Part shown: positions 63,791 through 64,000 of the stretch, one piece after another
Layout: each line of letters begins with the position of its first letter
Position numbering within the stretch: position 1 is the first letter of the stretch
Source of the DNA: a virus
Direction: 5' to 3' (one strand)
Length of the DNA stretch: 64,000 nucleotides
IMG/VR virus record: IMGVR_UViG_3300021088_000005
Location: 36,811-100,810 of that record
Program-made: the position numbers and the translations under genes
The notes under the pieces: model-generated
Database searches by the model: none
Told to the model about the DNA's origin: nothing
Seen by the model: the letters and a program-made list of their open reading frames with translations, nothing else

Positions 63791-64000
63791 ATGACATTCA
63801 TTATTCCCACAAAAACGTACGAAAAGCCAGAAAGCGGACAGTACTTCGCAGTGTTGGCGGATATCGTTGACTTGGGTGAAGTAACGACAACTTATAACAA
63901 TCAAGTTAAGAAGTTTCCGGCAGTCCGATTTGTCTGGATTCTCAACGTGAACGGTAAAGATGGAAAGCCTCTTCAGGTGCAACAGCGCTTCAATGTCACC
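63791..64000 (+). CDS. Partial phage replication/ssDNA-binding-like protein
   Basis: SD AGGAG; MTFIIPTKTYEKPESGQYFAVLADIVDLG...; runs off the window. Confidence 0.5.
   Translation, partial: MTFIIPTKTYEKPESGQYFAVLADIVDLGEVTTTYNNQVKKFPAVRFVWILNVNGKDGKPLQVQQRFNVT

Overview
This window is 64 kb of a tailed dsDNA phage genome with podovirus-like morphogenesis genes. Bases 1-47050 are on the minus strand. In transcription order they hold an RNA-gene array of about 7 kb (39007-46106), many small virion and accessory genes, terminase, portal, scaffold, a major capsid gene split by a 247-nt group I intron, a free-standing GIY-YIG endonuclease, head-tail and nozzle proteins, tail fibres, ejection proteins and a >1391-aa polyvalent protein that runs off the left edge. 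Bases 47658-64000 are mostly plus-strand early and DNA-metabolism genes behind a family of sigma70-type promoters. The most striking part is the RNA array, which I read by hand. It holds 35 tRNAs covering all 20 amino acids, 13 of them with non-canonical elbows (six with compensatory 19-56 swaps, seven with C55). It also holds a phage-encoded RNase P RNA, a circularly permuted anticodon-less tRNA (YrlA-like), a 6S-like rod, seven non-tRNA elements ending in NCCA (two are 34-nt minihelices) and several pseudoknotted or kissing-loop RNAs of unknown type. Together these suggest a self-contained tRNA supply, maturation and decoy system. Other highlights: DUF3494 ice-binding domains in two virion-region proteins (one inserted in the head-tail adaptor), out-of-frame starts nested after each peptidase domain of the giant protein, and several RNA structures over ribosome-binding sites. 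All calls come from motif recognition and manual pairing; no database search was run, so novelty is unverified.
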